The notes under the pieces are model-generated. The model saw nothing but the letters and a program-made list of their open reading frames with translations, ran no database searches and was not told the DNA's origin. From Bacillota bacterium (lineage in GTDB: Bacteria > Bacillota > Dethiobacteria > DTU022), in NCBI GenBank assembly GCA_033809435.1, contig JAPXLS010000002.1, positions 1 to 39,808 on the forward strand: a DNA stretch of 39,808 nucleotides. The letters run 5' to 3'. Within the stretch, counting starts at the first letter, position 1. Each line of letters starts with the position of its first letter. Shown here piece by piece: positions 1-10,283 of this stretch. The translations under genes and the position numbers were made by a program.

Positions 1-1854
1 CGGGACAGACTTCTGGCGCTCCGCTACGAGGAAAACCGTGTCCAGGTCGCCCTGGAGCAGGTTTCGGAATATTTGGTCAGGGCCACGCTTGCCGTGGAGG
101 ACCGCCGTTTCTACCGGCACCGCGGTTTTGATCCCGCCGGCCTGGCCCGGGCGTTTCTAAACAATCTCAAGGGGCGGCACGCCCCCCAGGGGGGCAGCAC
201 TATCACCCAGCAGCTGGCAAAAAATCTTTTTCTATCCCACGAACGCACCTTGGCGCGCAAAATCAAGGAGGCTCTTTACACCATCCACCTTGAACGCCGC
301 TATTGCAAGGATGAAATCCTGGAAATGTACCTGAATACCATATATTACGGCCACTCGGCCTATGGCGTTGAAGCGGCCGCCCAAACTTACCTGGGCAAAA
401 CCGCCCGGGAACTCAGCCTTGGCGAAGCGGCGCTCCTGGCCGGGCTGCCCAACGGGCCCAGCTGTTATTCTCCTTATCAGAACCCTGCAGCAGCAGAGCA
501 GCGTCAGCGTACAGTATTGAATCAAATGGTTTCTGCGGGTTTTATCGACGAAAAGGAAAAAGAGAGTGCCCTGCAGGAAGATCTGCATCTTCGAGAACTA
601 TCCAACGAAGAAAGGGCCGCCTATTTCCTGGATTATGCAATCAACAGGGAACTTGCCACTTTCTTTGATGGGGACATGGAGCCCCTTTATCGGGGCGGTC
701 TGGAAATATACACCACCCTTGATCCGGAGATGCAGCAGATTGCCCAGGAGATCATTGCCGGAATCCCTACACTGCGTATCGATGAAAATGGATTGAAGCA
801 GCCGCAAGGGGCCCTGGTGGCCATCGAACCGGATACCGGCTGCATCAGGGCAATGGTGGGGGGACGGGATTTCAAGGAGACAAATCTCAACCGCACTCTG
901 GCCCTGCGATCTCCGGGCTCCGCCTTTAAACCCTTTGTTTATGCGGCGGCCCTTGAACAGGGCTTTACCGCGGCGGACAGGTTGCGCTGCGAAGCAGTAA
1001 CTTTTGATGAGGCGGGCCTGGCGGAACCATATGAGCCGACAGATTTTGGCGGGGGTTTTCATAACCGGGAGCTGACCATCCGGGAAGCGCTGGCCAAATC
1101 TTGTAACATCGCTGCAATCAAGTTGCATGAACGAATGGGAAAAGATCGGGCGGTAGAGATGGCCGCACGGTTGGGCATTTCCAGCCCTCTGGGCGCTCAT
1201 TTTTCCCTGGCCCTGGGAGCCTGCGAAGTATCACTGCTCGAGTTAACGGCTGCATTCGCCCCTTTTGCCAACGGAGGCCTTCGCATCGAACCCATGGTCA
1301 TCCGCAAAATTGTAGACCCCCGGGGGAGGGTCTTGCTGGAAAACCAGCCGCATGGGGAGCAGGTTCTGGACCCGGCAGTCTCGTTCCTGATCACCGATAT
1401 GCTGAAAGGTGTCCTTGCAGAGGGAGGCACTGCCGCCGCCGCCGGATCGATCCTTGATCGGCCGGCGGCCGGCAAATCAGGCACCTCCCAGGACAGCAAG
1501 AATGCACATATGATCGGTTACACGCCACAGCTGGTAGCCGGCATATATGTGGGGGATGATCATGAAATACCCATAGATTGTTCGGGGGGAGGCGCCGCCG
1601 CTCCCCTGTGGGCCTGGTTTATGAAAATGGCTCTGAAAGACAGCGAAGCTCTGGATTTCAAGGTGCCGGAGGGAATTGTCAAGCGCTCCCTTTGTCCGGA
1701 GTCGGGGTTGCTGCGCGGTCCGTACTGCCCCGATCCGGGTACCGAGGAGCGCTTCATCGTGGGAACAGAGCCTGCGGAAGAATGCCGCACCTGTGCTCCT
1801 GCTTTCTGGTGGCCCTGGCTCCCCTCGCTAAAACGCTCGCCATCCCTTCCCTAA
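1..1854 (+). CDS. Class A penicillin-binding protein (bifunctional transglycosylase/transpeptidase), 5'-truncated by the window edge
   Basis: Frame 1 is open from nt 1 (RDRLLALRYEENRVQVALEQVSEY precedes the listed TTG at 73), so the true start lies upstream. Glycosyltransferase motifs are EDRRFYRHRGFD, GGSTITQQLAKN and RKIKE. Transpeptidase motifs are SPGSAFKP (SxxK), SCN (SxN) and KSGTS (KTG-like). Stop is TAA at 1852-1854. Confidence 0.9.
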   Translation, partial: RDRLLALRYEENRVQVALEQVSEYLVRATLAVEDRRFYRHRGFDPAGLARAFLNNLKGRHAPQGGSTITQQLAKNLFLSHERTLARKIKEALYTIHLERRYCKDEILEMYLNTIYYGHSAYGVEAAAQTYLGKTARELSLGEAALLAGLPNGPSCYSPYQNPAAAEQRQRTVLNQMVSAGFIDEKEKESALQEDLHLRELSNEERAAYFLDYAINRELATFFDGDMEPLYRGGLEIYTTLDPEMQQIAQEIIAGIPTLRIDENGLKQPQGALVAIEPDTGCIRAMVGGRDFKETNLNRTLALRSPGSAFKPFVYAAALEQGFTAADRLRCEAVTFDEAGLAEPYEPTDFGGGFHNRELTIREALAKSCNIAAIKLHERMGKDRAVEMAARLGISSPLGAHFSLALGACEVSLLELTAAFAPFANGGLRIEPMVIRKIVDPRGRVLLENQPHGEQVLDPAVSFLITDMLKGVLAEGGTAAAAGSILDRPAAGKSGTSQDSKNAHMIGYTPQLVAGIYVGDDHEIPIDCSGGGAAAPLWAWFMKMALKDSEALDFKVPEGIVKRSLCPESGLLRGPYCPDPGTEERFIVGTEPAEECRTCAPAFWWPWLPSLKRSPSLP

Positions 1855-2462
1855 AGCAGGAAAGGATTGCTCCGCCCTTCCGCTTCGATGGTGGTGGCGG
1901 GCCCGTGCCCCGGATATACCACAGTCTGCGGCGGCAAAACCATCAGTTTCTCCTTGATGCTGCGGATCAAAAGCGGATAGGAACCTCCGGCAAGATCCGT
2001 CCGGCCCACGGAACCGGCAAAAAGGGCATCACCGGTAAAAACTACCCCGTCGCTGTAAAGGGAGATGCTCCCTTCGGTATGGCCCGGCGTCTCGATAACT
2101 TTGAATGTTCTCCGGCCGACAGGAACCAGCTCTCCCTCCTTGAGCAAACGATCAGGCGGAACGGCCTTGCCAAAAATTACGCCAAGCCCAAATCCGGGGT
2201 TGCGGTATATCTCCAGATCCTTCTCCGGAAACAGCAGCGGCACCTTGAGGGCCTCTTTCAATCTGCCGTTGGCCCCGGTATGATCGATATGTCCGTGTGT
2301 GTTTATAATGGCCTTTACGCGCAGGTCCTTTTTCTTGATTTGCTGCAAGATCTTTTTTCCCTCCGCACCGGGATCGATTACCACCCCTTCCCCTGTTTCC
2401 CGGCAGCTGACGAGGTAACAGTTTGTAGCAAACATGCTCACCACCAGTGTCTGCACCTGCAT
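1851..2462 (-). CDS. MBL-fold metallo-hydrolase (glyoxalase II-like)
   Basis: HTHGHIDH (HxHxDH) metal motif and a typical N-terminus, MQVQTLVVSMFATNCYLV. The ATG at 2462 is preceded by GGGGGTGAAGGG, whereas the longer ORF start at 2489 has no well-spaced SD. Its TAG stop (1853..1851) overlaps the PBP TAA stop, so the genes are convergent. Confidence 0.8.
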   Translation of the reverse strand: MQVQTLVVSMFATNCYLVSCRETGEGVVIDPGAEGKKILQQIKKKDLRVKAIINTHGHIDHTGANGRLKEALKVPLLFPEKDLEIYRNPGFGLGVIFGKAVPPDRLLKEGELVPVGRRTFKVIETPGHTEGSISLYSDGVVFTGDALFAGSVGRTDLAGGSYPLLIRSIKEKLMVLPPQTVVYPGHGPATTIEAEGRSNPFLL

Positions 2463-2536
2463 CCCTTCACCCCCATCATTATCATGCAACAGGGAGACCG
2501 GCCTCCGGCAGGGGCCCCCCCGCTGCGCCCTGCGGG

Positions 2537-3463
2537 CTAGAGCCCTGATTCAACCTCCAGCAAGGTCCGGATCACCGGCAATATATCAGTCAAGTCGTGA
2601 AGCAGTGGAGCGGCCCTGCGCCTGACATCCTCCGCCCCCATCAACAGAACCGGAACTTCGTTCAGGGTATGCCTGCCGTGCGAAAGGTCTTCAATATTGC
2701 CATGATCGCTGGTGACAATGAGCATCATCCGCCCCGGATCAAGGGAGGCTGCTGCGGCTCCCAGAAATCGATCCAGGGTCCGGACCACCTTGCTCGCCTC
2801 TTCCCTGTCGGCCAGGTGACCGGCACGATCGGATAGAAAGTATTCGAAAAGGGAAAAGTCAAATCTATTGCCCATTTCAACAAGCCTTTTGCCCGCCTCT
2901 TCGGGAGTGATTTCCGGGACAGAAAAGCCTAGACTGTTCAACAGCTCATTTGTAAGATCCATGAACAACGCCTTCCCGGATTCTATGTCTTCCAGGCGGT
3001 AAAAGGGAAGCCCCCCGTAATAGGTGATCAGGGTTGAAACGGAATAAAGGTGCCCGGGCAGCCCCTCCCTCAATTTCTCGAAAAATGCAGGCCGGTAAGC
3101 ATTCAAGAAAGAACAGCTGTATCCCTCCTGCCTGAGGGCGGCAAAGAGGCCCTCTTTCGCAAGGAGCGCCCGCAAATCTGCATTGGGAAAACCGTTCAAG
3201 TGATAGCCAAGCCGGCCCGGCGCATTCAGGCCGGTAAAGATCGAAGCCTGTCCGGTGGCGCTCTGGGGAAGTCCTTTCACACCCAATTGGGCATCAATGC
3301 CCTGCAGCGTTACCCTTCCATCATGAAACCCCTTCACCTCCCCGGTAAGCGGTTTCCCCCGGAACAGCGCTTTCAGGAAGGGTGTATCCGTGTAAAAGAA
3401 CGGGTTTTCCTGCGCCGGTGAACCCAGTCCAACGCCGTCGATAAAAATAAGAAGGACCTGCAA
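2537..3463 (-). CDS. Alkaline-phosphatase-like metalloenzyme superfamily protein (related to cofactor-independent PGM / phosphopentomutase); substrate unknown
   Basis: TTG start at 3463 follows GGGGGAG. The N-terminal IFIDGVGLG and C-terminal VTSDHGN motifs are typical of the metalloenzyme fold. The family assignment is from memory. Confidence 0.55.
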   Translation of the reverse strand: MQVLLIFIDGVGLGSPAQENPFFYTDTPFLKALFRGKPLTGEVKGFHDGRVTLQGIDAQLGVKGLPQSATGQASIFTGLNAPGRLGYHLNGFPNADLRALLAKEGLFAALRQEGYSCSFLNAYRPAFFEKLREGLPGHLYSVSTLITYYGGLPFYRLEDIESGKALFMDLTNELLNSLGFSVPEITPEEAGKRLVEMGNRFDFSLFEYFLSDRAGHLADREEASKVVRTLDRFLGAAAASLDPGRMMLIVTSDHGNIEDLSHGRHTLNEVPVLLMGAEDVRRRAAPLLHDLTDILPVIRTLLEVESGL

Positions 3464-3605
3464 AGATACTCCCCCGCTTTCCTGCGCCCCTTATCCCCCT
3501 GTTCATTTGGGAGTGTACTGTAAACCTGCAAAATGTGGCGATCCCTTCAGCAGTACCCGCGGATCTTTTTTGGCGGCCTTTCCGGGGCGGTGCAACAGGG
3601 GTTCT

Positions 3606-4223
3606 TCAAACCCGCTGCAGATGGCCGGTATCATTAAACAGCAGCAACCGGTATCTATCCCCGGCGCACTCCTTCCTGACAATCGTCAGGGAGGCAGGGG
3701 CGGGAGCATAGGGCCATCTCTGTCTGGAGGTAAAGCCCAGACATCCGGAGATAAAAGCATTGATCAACCGGGCATGGCTGACAAGAAGAATCCGGCGCTT
3801 CGCGGAATGTTCGCGGCAAATTTTCCGCCGCAGGGTTCGAGTTCTTGCCAACAGCTTGCGTGCGCTCTCCCCGCCACAGAGCAGCGGCTTCACCATACCA
3901 CTTTTGCCGCGAAACAGGAAGGGATAAAGGGACTCCACCTCGCTGCGCTTCATCCCCTCGATATAGCCCCAGGAACATTCCCGGAGCAGGGGTTCAGGCT
4001 CCGGCGCAAGTTTGATTCCCCGGGAAATAATTTCTGCCGTTGACCTGGCTCGCTCCAGATCGCTGGTTAACAAAAGGTCAAACCCGCCTGCCAGGGTTAG
4101 ACGCCTGGAAAGATAAGCCGCCTCACGGATCCCCGCATCATCAAGCTCATAATCGCAACGGCCCTGGAAGCGGCCTTCGCAAGCGGCCGCAGTTCTCCCG
4201 TGCCGGACCAGCCAGAGCTCCAT
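3606..4223 (-). CDS. Histidine phosphatase family protein (phosphoglycerate mutase-like / CobC-like)
   Basis: N-terminal LWLVRHGRT (RHG catalytic motif) and a downstream LLVSHARL second-His motif. Its ATG lies 1 nt after the murA TAA (TAAAATG). Confidence 0.8.
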   Translation of the reverse strand: MELWLVRHGRTAAACEGRFQGRCDYELDDAGIREAAYLSRRLTLAGGFDLLLTSDLERARSTAEIISRGIKLAPEPEPLLRECSWGYIEGMKRSEVESLYPFLFRGKSGMVKPLLCGGESARKLLARTRTLRRKICREHSAKRRILLVSHARLINAFISGCLGFTSRQRWPYAPAPASLTIVRKECAGDRYRLLLFNDTGHLQRV

Positions 4224-4224
4224 T

Positions 4225-5514
4225 TTACCCGGGCTCCCCCGTTGATTTACCCACGCCCCGCTCCCGCAGCGGTTTCAACTTCGCTCCCAGGCTGACGAAT
4301 TTATCCTCTATCCTTTCATAACCCCTGTACACATGTTTCACTTCTCCGAGAACTGTTTCCCCTTTCGCAATCAATCCGGCCACCATCAGCCCGGCACCGG
4401 CCCGCAGATCTGTAGCGCTAACCGGGGCCCCGGATAGGGGGGCGCCGCCCTTGATCACGGCAGTCCGTCCCTCAAGTTTTATCTGTGCACCCATTCTTTT
4501 CAGCTCATCCACGTGACGAAAACGGCCGTCAAAGACATTTTCTGTGACAATACTCGTTCCCTCCGCAGCAGTAAGAAGAACCATTCCCAGCGGCTGCAGA
4601 TCTGTAGGAAAACCGGGATAGGGAAAGGTCTTCAAATCGGAAGGAATCAGCGGCCCGCTCCTGCGGACCCGGATCTGCTCCGCTTCCGCCTCCACAACGG
4701 CGCCTATTTCTCTTAGCTTGGCAGTTACCGCTTCCAGGTGCTTGGGTATTACACCCTCGACTACCAGGTCGCCCCCCGTTGCGGCAACGGCAAACATGAA
4801 AGTACCCGCTTCGATCCGGTCGGGGATAACCGCATGTTCTGCGCCGCCGAAAAGATCGACTCCGTCGATCTTGATGATATCGGTCCCTGCGCCCTTGACC
4901 ACTGCGCCTATGGCGTTGAGAAAGTTGGCCAAATCAACAATTTCCGGTTCTTTGGCCACATTTTCAAGAACAGTGCGTCCTTCCGCTCCCACCGCCGCCA
5001 GCATCAGATTGACCGTGGCCCCGACACTGACCACATCGAGGTAGATATGGGCCCCCTGCAGCTTGCCGCCCGTCAGTTTGACCCGGCCATGCTCAATCTC
5101 GCACTCCGCCCCCAGAGCGGTAAACCCTTTAAGATGCTGATCGATCGGACGCGGCCCCAGATCACAGCCCCCGGGAACCGGCACCGTTGCTCTCCCAAAA
5201 CGGGTCAAAAGGCTCCCCATGAGATAGGAAGAGGCCCTTAATTTTTGCACCAGGTTAAAAGGAGGGGCAAAGCCGCGCAGCCCGGAAGGGTAAAAATCAA
5301 GATCGTTCCGGCCCCGCCTGCGAATGGTCAGACCCAGATCTTCGAGGATATGCAGCATGATCCGGACATCGGTAATGTCAGGAATGTTGCTCAGGGAAAC
5401 TTTATCTGTGGCCAGCAAAACAGCAGGCAGGATGGCCAGTGCCGCATTCTTGGATCCGCTGATCTTTACCCGTCCATTTAACTCGTTCCCTCCGTATATC
5501 AGTGTTTTCTCCAC
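4225..5514 (-). CDS. murA: UDP-N-acetylglucosamine 1-carboxyvinyltransferase
   Basis: Full-length MurA-like sequence with KISGSKNAALAILPA and the catalytic Cys loop VPGGCDLGPRPIDQH. GTG start at 5514 with GGGAGAAG 8 nt upstream. Confidence 0.9.
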   Translation of the reverse strand: MEKTLIYGGNELNGRVKISGSKNAALAILPAVLLATDKVSLSNIPDITDVRIMLHILEDLGLTIRRRGRNDLDFYPSGLRGFAPPFNLVQKLRASSYLMGSLLTRFGRATVPVPGGCDLGPRPIDQHLKGFTALGAECEIEHGRVKLTGGKLQGAHIYLDVVSVGATVNLMLAAVGAEGRTVLENVAKEPEIVDLANFLNAIGAVVKGAGTDIIKIDGVDLFGGAEHAVIPDRIEAGTFMFAVAATGGDLVVEGVIPKHLEAVTAKLREIGAVVEAEAEQIRVRRSGPLIPSDLKTFPYPGFPTDLQPLGMVLLTAAEGTSIVTENVFDGRFRHVDELKRMGAQIKLEGRTAVIKGGAPLSGAPVSATDLRAGAGLMVAGLIAKGETVLGEVKHVYRGYERIEDKFVSLGAKLKPLRERGVGKSTGEPG

Positions 5515-5543
5515 TTCATCTTCTCCCGTCAGTTAGATGTTCC

Positions 5544-6398
5544 CTACTCCGGATTACCCGTAAAGGCATTGATAAAGTAACTCTCGCCATCGTCAAATAA
5601 GAAGCGCCACACCGGGGGCACCTCCCATTCCTCTGCGTCATACTCAAGGCTGTAATAGCCCAGGTCTGCTTTAATTATCCTGCGGATTTGCCGGCTGGGA
5701 CCGAGCACCTCGATCAACCTCAGCAGAGCCTCAGTGGCCGGGATAACCTCCATCTCCCTTTCCTGATGCGAATCCTCCGGATCAAGCCAGTAGATATCCA
5801 GGGCTAAAAGGGTATTATTTACCAGAACAGCTTTCAGATAACCGCTGTAAAGGGGCCTCCCCTCATGGATTTGCAGGTAATGCAATATGGTCCTATCATC
5901 CCGCTGTGACATATGGTCAAAACGCGCCTCCGGGAAGGGCAGGCCGCAGCTTTCCAGATAGCGCTCGAAAGCCGCAGCCAGTTCCTTCTCTTCCGGGAAA
6001 ACGCCTTCTTGCAGGAGTTCCCTACCGGGAACAAATTCTATGCTGATCGCTCCTCCGGGATATACTGCCATCGTGGCGCCCTCCCCTGCGTAAAGCCGCG
6101 CCGCTTCCGAGCCTGCCGCAGGCGCAGCGGCAGCTGCAAAAAGCTTCCGCAGCAGTTGCTCCATTTCCAGCGAGGGTGCTACCGTCAGGAAAGAGCCTTT
6201 TCGGACCGCACAATCAATTTTTGTTTCCAGGACATAGCCGGATTCTTCCATATGTTTTTCAACACGGCGCAGCTCGCCCGGAGAAACCGCCACCCATGCT
6301 GATTTTCGGGCATCGCCAAAAACCAGATGATAGCAGAGAAAAAGGTTCAGTCCCAAGAAAGCATAAATGAGAATTGTCTTTGCCCGGCCAATGTTCAT
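5544..6398 (-). CDS. yycI: YycI-like two-component system regulatory protein (single N-terminal TM segment)
   Basis: The N-terminus [21 protein letters not shown] matches the YycI pattern (K-TK-I-I-AFL-LN-FL). Size is about 284 aa and the gene sits directly after the yycH-like gene. The ATG at 6398 overlaps the yycH TGA (ATGA) and follows GGAGAGGTGGGAG. Confidence 0.6.
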   Translation of the reverse strand: MNIGRAKTILIYAFLGLNLFLCYHLVFGDARKSAWVAVSPGELRRVEKHMEESGYVLETKIDCAVRKGSFLTVAPSLEMEQLLRKLFAAAAAPAAGSEAARLYAGEGATMAVYPGGAISIEFVPGRELLQEGVFPEEKELAAAFERYLESCGLPFPEARFDHMSQRDDRTILHYLQIHEGRPLYSGYLKAVLVNNTLLALDIYWLDPEDSHQEREMEVIPATEALLRLIEVLGPSRQIRRIIKADLGYYSLEYDAEEWEVPPVWRFLFDDGESYFINAFTGNPE

Positions 6399-7717
6399 TG
6401 CTCCCACCTCTCCGGAGGAAGAAGATCATCTGTCCTTAAGACGAACTCCCGCCCGTTAAGCTGGATTACCCAGACCGGAACAGCCCGGGGCGGTGTGCTT
6501 CCTTTGTTTAAATAGTAGGCCAGATCCATGCCTTCAAGCGTGCGGCGCTCCCCACCGTGAGAACCAAGCAAATCTACCGCCGCTGACAGAGCCTCCCGGT
6601 AGCTGCTGACTGCGGCCCCATCTCCAGCGGGATAAAGCAGATGATACAGATTTCGCCGGTATTTCACCAGTCCGCCATGGTCATAACTCATGAAAACACC
6701 CGTTTCCCCCAAAAGAGGGTATCCCTCGAAATAACTTCGCCACTGCGCATTATAAATCCCCTTTGAGCTGTCGCCTGTTTCCCGGGCCAGGCGTTCCAAC
6801 CGCAAGTTTTCCGGCCAGCCACCGTAATAGCCCAGCAGCTTGCCTGCCGTCTGCAGAGCCGCCGGGTAAGAAAGAGCCGCCGGCTTCGGATCCAGGGGGG
6901 GATGCGAATAGTCAAGGCCATTCCCCAGGCGCAGCGCCTGTTCACCGTCTGTATAGATCAACCCCCCATCCCTTTCCTTTATCTCCCGGGCCAGGTTGTG
7001 CTTTATAAAAAAGGTTTTCAAAAGAAGTTCGCTGTCCAGCGTCTCCGCCTTCAAAGTTAGCTCCTTGATCTTGCCGCTGTACAGGGGTATCTCAATAGGA
7101 GCAGCTACAGTTACAGCCATCCCGGAGGAAACATGGATCTCTCCTGCTTCCAATCTCTCGCAGGGAGCCCTTCCAGCCGGGTCAAATTGATCGCATAAAG
7201 CAACCAGTTGTGATCCCCGGCGAGCCGGCAGCAACATCTCTCCAGCCCCCTCCAGGTCTTGCAAGATTCCCCAGCAGCGCTCACCCGCCCGCCATAGCTC
7301 CATCCCTGATAGTTCCCCGGCCGGCGAGTTTTTGAGCCAGATGCTTTCCCGGCCCAGCGGCAGGGAGGGATCAAATTGCACTGTCAGGCAAAGAGCCGCA
7401 TCTTCAGGCAGCTTTTCTCCGTATTCAAAGTCAGCCGGTTCCGTAATCTCCTGCAGCGTTGCGGAAATTTCTTCCCAGAAGGAGGCAAAGTCATGATCGC
7501 CAGGACGGAGCCGGTAGCGTAAATCCCCCCTGTTTATAAAAACCGCGCCAGGGACCATCAGTTGAGATAAGAGCCTGGGCTCTTCAAAATAGACGGTCTC
7601 ATAATCGCTCTCTGCCGTCCCCTCCGTCTCCTTATGCCCAAACCAGAGCAGGTATGTCAAAAATAGACTGAGAAGCACAAGCAAAAGAAGGAAAAAGCTT
7701 TTAATCCGTTCAGTCAA
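6395..7717 (-). CDS. yycH: YycH-like two-component system regulatory protein (N-terminal TM segment)
   Basis: The 502-aa ORF overlaps walK by 190 nt. An internal TTG at 7717 ([25 protein letters not shown]) follows GGAGGGGG and overlaps the walK stop (TTGACTGA). The N-terminus and the size of about 440 aa fit YycH, as does the position after the kinase. Confidence 0.6.
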   Translation of the reverse strand: MTERIKSFFLLLLVLLSLFLTYLLWFGHKETEGTAESDYETVYFEEPRLLSQLMVPGAVFINRGDLRYRLRPGDHDFASFWEEISATLQEITEPADFEYGEKLPEDAALCLTVQFDPSLPLGRESIWLKNSPAGELSGMELWRAGERCWGILQDLEGAGEMLLPARRGSQLVALCDQFDPAGRAPCERLEAGEIHVSSGMAVTVAAPIEIPLYSGKIKELTLKAETLDSELLLKTFFIKHNLAREIKERDGGLIYTDGEQALRLGNGLDYSHPPLDPKPAALSYPAALQTAGKLLGYYGGWPENLRLERLARETGDSSKGIYNAQWRSYFEGYPLLGETGVFMSYDHGGLVKYRRNLYHLLYPAGDGAAVSSYREALSAAVDLLGSHGGERRTLEGMDLAYYLNKGSTPPRAVPVWVIQLNGREFVLRTDDLLPPERWEQ

Positions 7718-9545
7718 GAGCCCGCCCCCTCCCTTGCGCCGCCAGGGGAAGGGTAAACCGGACCCTGGTCCCTTTACCTGGAGAACTCTCAAGCCAGATC
7801 CGGCCGCCGTGCGCCTCCACAAGGCGTCGGGCAATGGGCAGGCCCAGCCCGGTGCCGCCATAATCCCGGCTGCGGGTCTTCTCCACCCTGTAGAAGCGTT
7901 CAAATATTCTTTCCAGATCCGCTTCGGGGATTCCTGGCCCGTTGTCCTCGATCAGCACCTTTAGCCGGCCCTCTCCGCTGTCCATCGAAGCGCTGATCGC
8001 TATTCTGCCGTCAGCGGGGGTGTATTTAATGGCATTGCCAAGCAGGTTGGAAAAAACCCGCATGATTTTTTCTCGATCCACCCAAACCTTCGGAAGCCCC
8101 GGTGATATGTCTATCACTATTTCACTTGCCCTGGATCCTGATTTTTGCTGCAGCTGCTCTGCCGCTTCTGTTGCCAGATCAATCAAACCCACCCTGGTTT
8201 TATGCAATTCGACCTGGCTGTAATCGAGCTGGGACAGCTCCAGCAGATCCCTGACCAGATCGACCATCCGGTCCGTTTCGCGTTTCAACACGTTTAGAAA
8301 ATGGCTGCTCACGGCAGGATCGGCAGCGGCACCGTCGAGAAGGGTCTCAGTATAGCTTTTTATCGCAGTCAATGGGGTGCGCAGCTCGTGGGAAACATCT
8401 GCCACAAATTCCTGCTGCCGCCTGACAAACTCCCTTTCCGCAGTGATGTCGTGGAAGACCACCAATGTGCCGTCCAGTCTCTCGCCCTCCTCCTTGAAGG
8501 AAGCAAGAGCCATTTTAAAAGTGATGTTCGGCTCCTCCCGGCTAATTTCCAGGGCCACCGGAGTCCGTTCCCGGATGAACCGGCGCAGCGGTTCCGGCCC
8601 GGCCAGCCTTTTTAGAAAATGAAAACCGGAACGCCCCTCCGAGGGAAGCCGGAGCAAAAATTTTTTCAGCAAATCTCGCGCAGCAGGATTGATATGAATC
8701 AGGCGTCCCCTTCCGTCAAGAGCAATCACCCCATCGCTCATGTGGTTGATCATCGCTTCAACCTTGCTTTTCTCTGTAGATATTTCCTGAATGTTCCGGT
8801 GCAGCCGTTCCGCAAGATAGTTAAAGGTAGCTCCCAGACGACCGATCTCGTCTGCCGAGGTCACCTCGATTTTCTGTGAAAAATCCCCCTGCGCCATTAA
8901 TCCCGCCTGCCGGGTAACCCGCTGGATTGGCGCAGTTATCGTCCTGGCCAGAACAATCCCCAGCAATACGCTAATGCCCAGTGCAAAAGCGGAGCCGCTG
9001 AGCAATATAAGCTTGATCTGTTTCAAAACGATGTCTACCGGGTCAAGTGAACTGCTGAGATAGACCACCCCGCTAACAATTCTCTGATCTTTCAAGGGAA
9101 GAGCAAGGTAATAGCGCCTTTCCCCTGTGGCGGAATCATAGCGAATCGCCTCGCCCAACTCCCCCGCCAGTGCCCTGGTTATTTCATCGCTGATCAGGCG
9201 CCCCCCAACCATACTAGAATTTATCGAGGCGCCGATTACATGCGCGTATGAATCCAGCACCGCAATTTCTATTTCACGCAGCCCGCTGAATTCACGAACC
9301 AGATGAACAATATCCTCCTCGGCTTCATGGCTCCCCCCCGGCGAAGGAGCCAGCAAAGCCGCCAGCAAACGTGCCTGTGATTCCAGACCGTTCTTGAAAG
9401 TATGCAGATAGTACTGCTCCAGGGACTGCACCAGGTACACGCTGATCAGCTGAAGTGTAAACAGCAGGAGAAGGGAGTAGATCAGGACAATTTTCCATTG
9501 CAGGCTTCTAAAGCCGCCCTTTTTGCCTGAAATAATAGCCCACAC
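7710..9545 (-). CDS. walK: WalK-like sensor histidine kinase (2 TM, extracytoplasmic domain, HAMP, PAS, DHp, HATPase)
   Basis: The N-terminus [18 protein letters not shown] resembles WalK (FFRSIQFKITLIYVLL). H-box is SHELRTPL, N-box [11 protein letters not shown]-boxes DNGPGIP and GGTGLGL. GTG start at 9545 overlaps walR by 38 nt, and the start is only moderately supported. Confidence 0.85.
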   Translation of the reverse strand: MWAIISGKKGGFRSLQWKIVLIYSLLLLFTLQLISVYLVQSLEQYYLHTFKNGLESQARLLAALLAPSPGGSHEAEEDIVHLVREFSGLREIEIAVLDSYAHVIGASINSSMVGGRLISDEITRALAGELGEAIRYDSATGERRYYLALPLKDQRIVSGVVYLSSSLDPVDIVLKQIKLILLSGSAFALGISVLLGIVLARTITAPIQRVTRQAGLMAQGDFSQKIEVTSADEIGRLGATFNYLAERLHRNIQEISTEKSKVEAMINHMSDGVIALDGRGRLIHINPAARDLLKKFLLRLPSEGRSGFHFLKRLAGPEPLRRFIRERTPVALEISREEPNITFKMALASFKEEGERLDGTLVVFHDITAEREFVRRQQEFVADVSHELRTPLTAIKSYTETLLDGAAADPAVSSHFLNVLKRETDRMVDLVRDLLELSQLDYSQVELHKTRVGLIDLATEAAEQLQQKSGSRASEIVIDISPGLPKVWVDREKIMRVFSNLLGNAIKYTPADGRIAISASMDSGEGRLKVLIEDNGPGIPEADLERIFERFYRVEKTRSRDYGGTGLGLPIARRLVEAHGGRIWLESSPGKGTRVRFTLPLAAQGRGRALD

Positions 9546-10203
9546 CCCTTTTGGTATGAATGAATTCCGGCTCGGCGGGATTTGTCTCCAGCTTCTCCCT
9601 GAGGCGGCGGATAGTTACATCTACCGTTCGTTCGTCCCCGAAATAATCATAACCCCAGACCTGGTTGAGAAGCTGCTGCCGGCTGAAAACGTGGCCTGGC
9701 CTCCGGCTCAAAACTGCCAGAAGAGAAAACTCTTTCGGCGTCAGTTCCACCGGTCTGCCCCGGTTAAATGCCTGCACCGCATCCAGATCCACAACCAGTT
9801 CGCCAAATCGCAGCTGATTTATTTTCTCCGCGTCAATGTTGGTGCGCCTGAGTATAGCTTTAACCCTGGCCGCAACCTCGCGAGCGCTGAATGGCTTCGT
9901 CACATAGTCGTCAGCGCCCAGCTCCAGCCCTAACACCTTGTCGACTTCTGTTTCCCGCGCTGTCAACATAATGATAGGGATCTCCTTCTTATGGGCCCGG
10001 ATTTCACGTAAAACGGTAAAGCCGTCTTTCTTTGGAAGCATGATATCAAGCAGGATCAAATCGGGATGATCCTGTTCCAGCCGCTCCAGGGCCTCCTCAC
10101 CATCGTAAGCCAGAATCACCCCGTAGCCCTCTTTTTCCAGGTTATATTTTAAAATCTCCGCAATGGACCGCTCATCATCAACAACCAGTATCTTGGCAGA
10201 CAA
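9508..10203 (-). CDS. walR: WalR-like OmpR-family response regulator
   Basis: Receiver domain [23 protein letters not shown]...LLDIMLP plus a winged-helix C-terminus ([24 protein letters not shown]). TTG start at 10203 with GGGAG 9 nt upstream. Confidence 0.85.
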   Translation of the reverse strand: MSAKILVVDDERSIAEILKYNLEKEGYGVILAYDGEEALERLEQDHPDLILLDIMLPKKDGFTVLREIRAHKKEIPIIMLTARETEVDKVLGLELGADDYVTKPFSAREVAARVKAILRRTNIDAEKINQLRFGELVVDLDAVQAFNRGRPVELTPKEFSLLAVLSRRPGHVFSRQQLLNQVWGYDYFGDERTVDVTIRRLREKLETNPAEPEFIHTKRGVGYYFRQKGRL

Positions 10204-10283
10204 ATTCTATCTCCCTAAAAAGATTTAAATCACAATTTCGTTCCGGAGCCACCGAATACCTGCAGGAACAAGTTTACTCCGTA

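Noticed and set aside
1851-1854. Overlapping convergent stop codons of the PBP (TAA) and the MBL hydrolase (TAG), with no intergenic terminator
   Set aside because: This is real, but it is a common compaction feature in GC-rich Firmicute genomes. I can draw no functional inference from sequence alone.
1578-2540. 320-aa plus-strand ORF, the longest unassigned ORF in the left part of the window
   Set aside because: It is entirely antisense to the well-supported MBL hydrolase gene and the PBP 3' end. The sequence is Arg/Gly/Pro-rich and low in complexity, as is typical of shadow ORFs in GC-rich DNA, and it has no recognisable motifs.
3507-4043. 178-aa plus-strand ORF, and the similar antisense ORFs at 10425-11009, 14242-14751, 14761-15321, 19866-20414, 22409-23032 and 31032-31541
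   Set aside because: Each lies opposite a gene with strong family motifs. None has an SD or family resemblance, so I treat them as non-coding shadows.
6395-7903. Full 502-aa version of the yycH-like ORF, overlapping the walK 3' end by about 190 nt
   Set aside because: The first 62 codons are Gly/Arg/Trp-rich read-through of the kinase C-terminus in another frame. An internal TTG with an excellent SD, and a TM helix beginning right after it, gives the expected YycH-like N-terminus.
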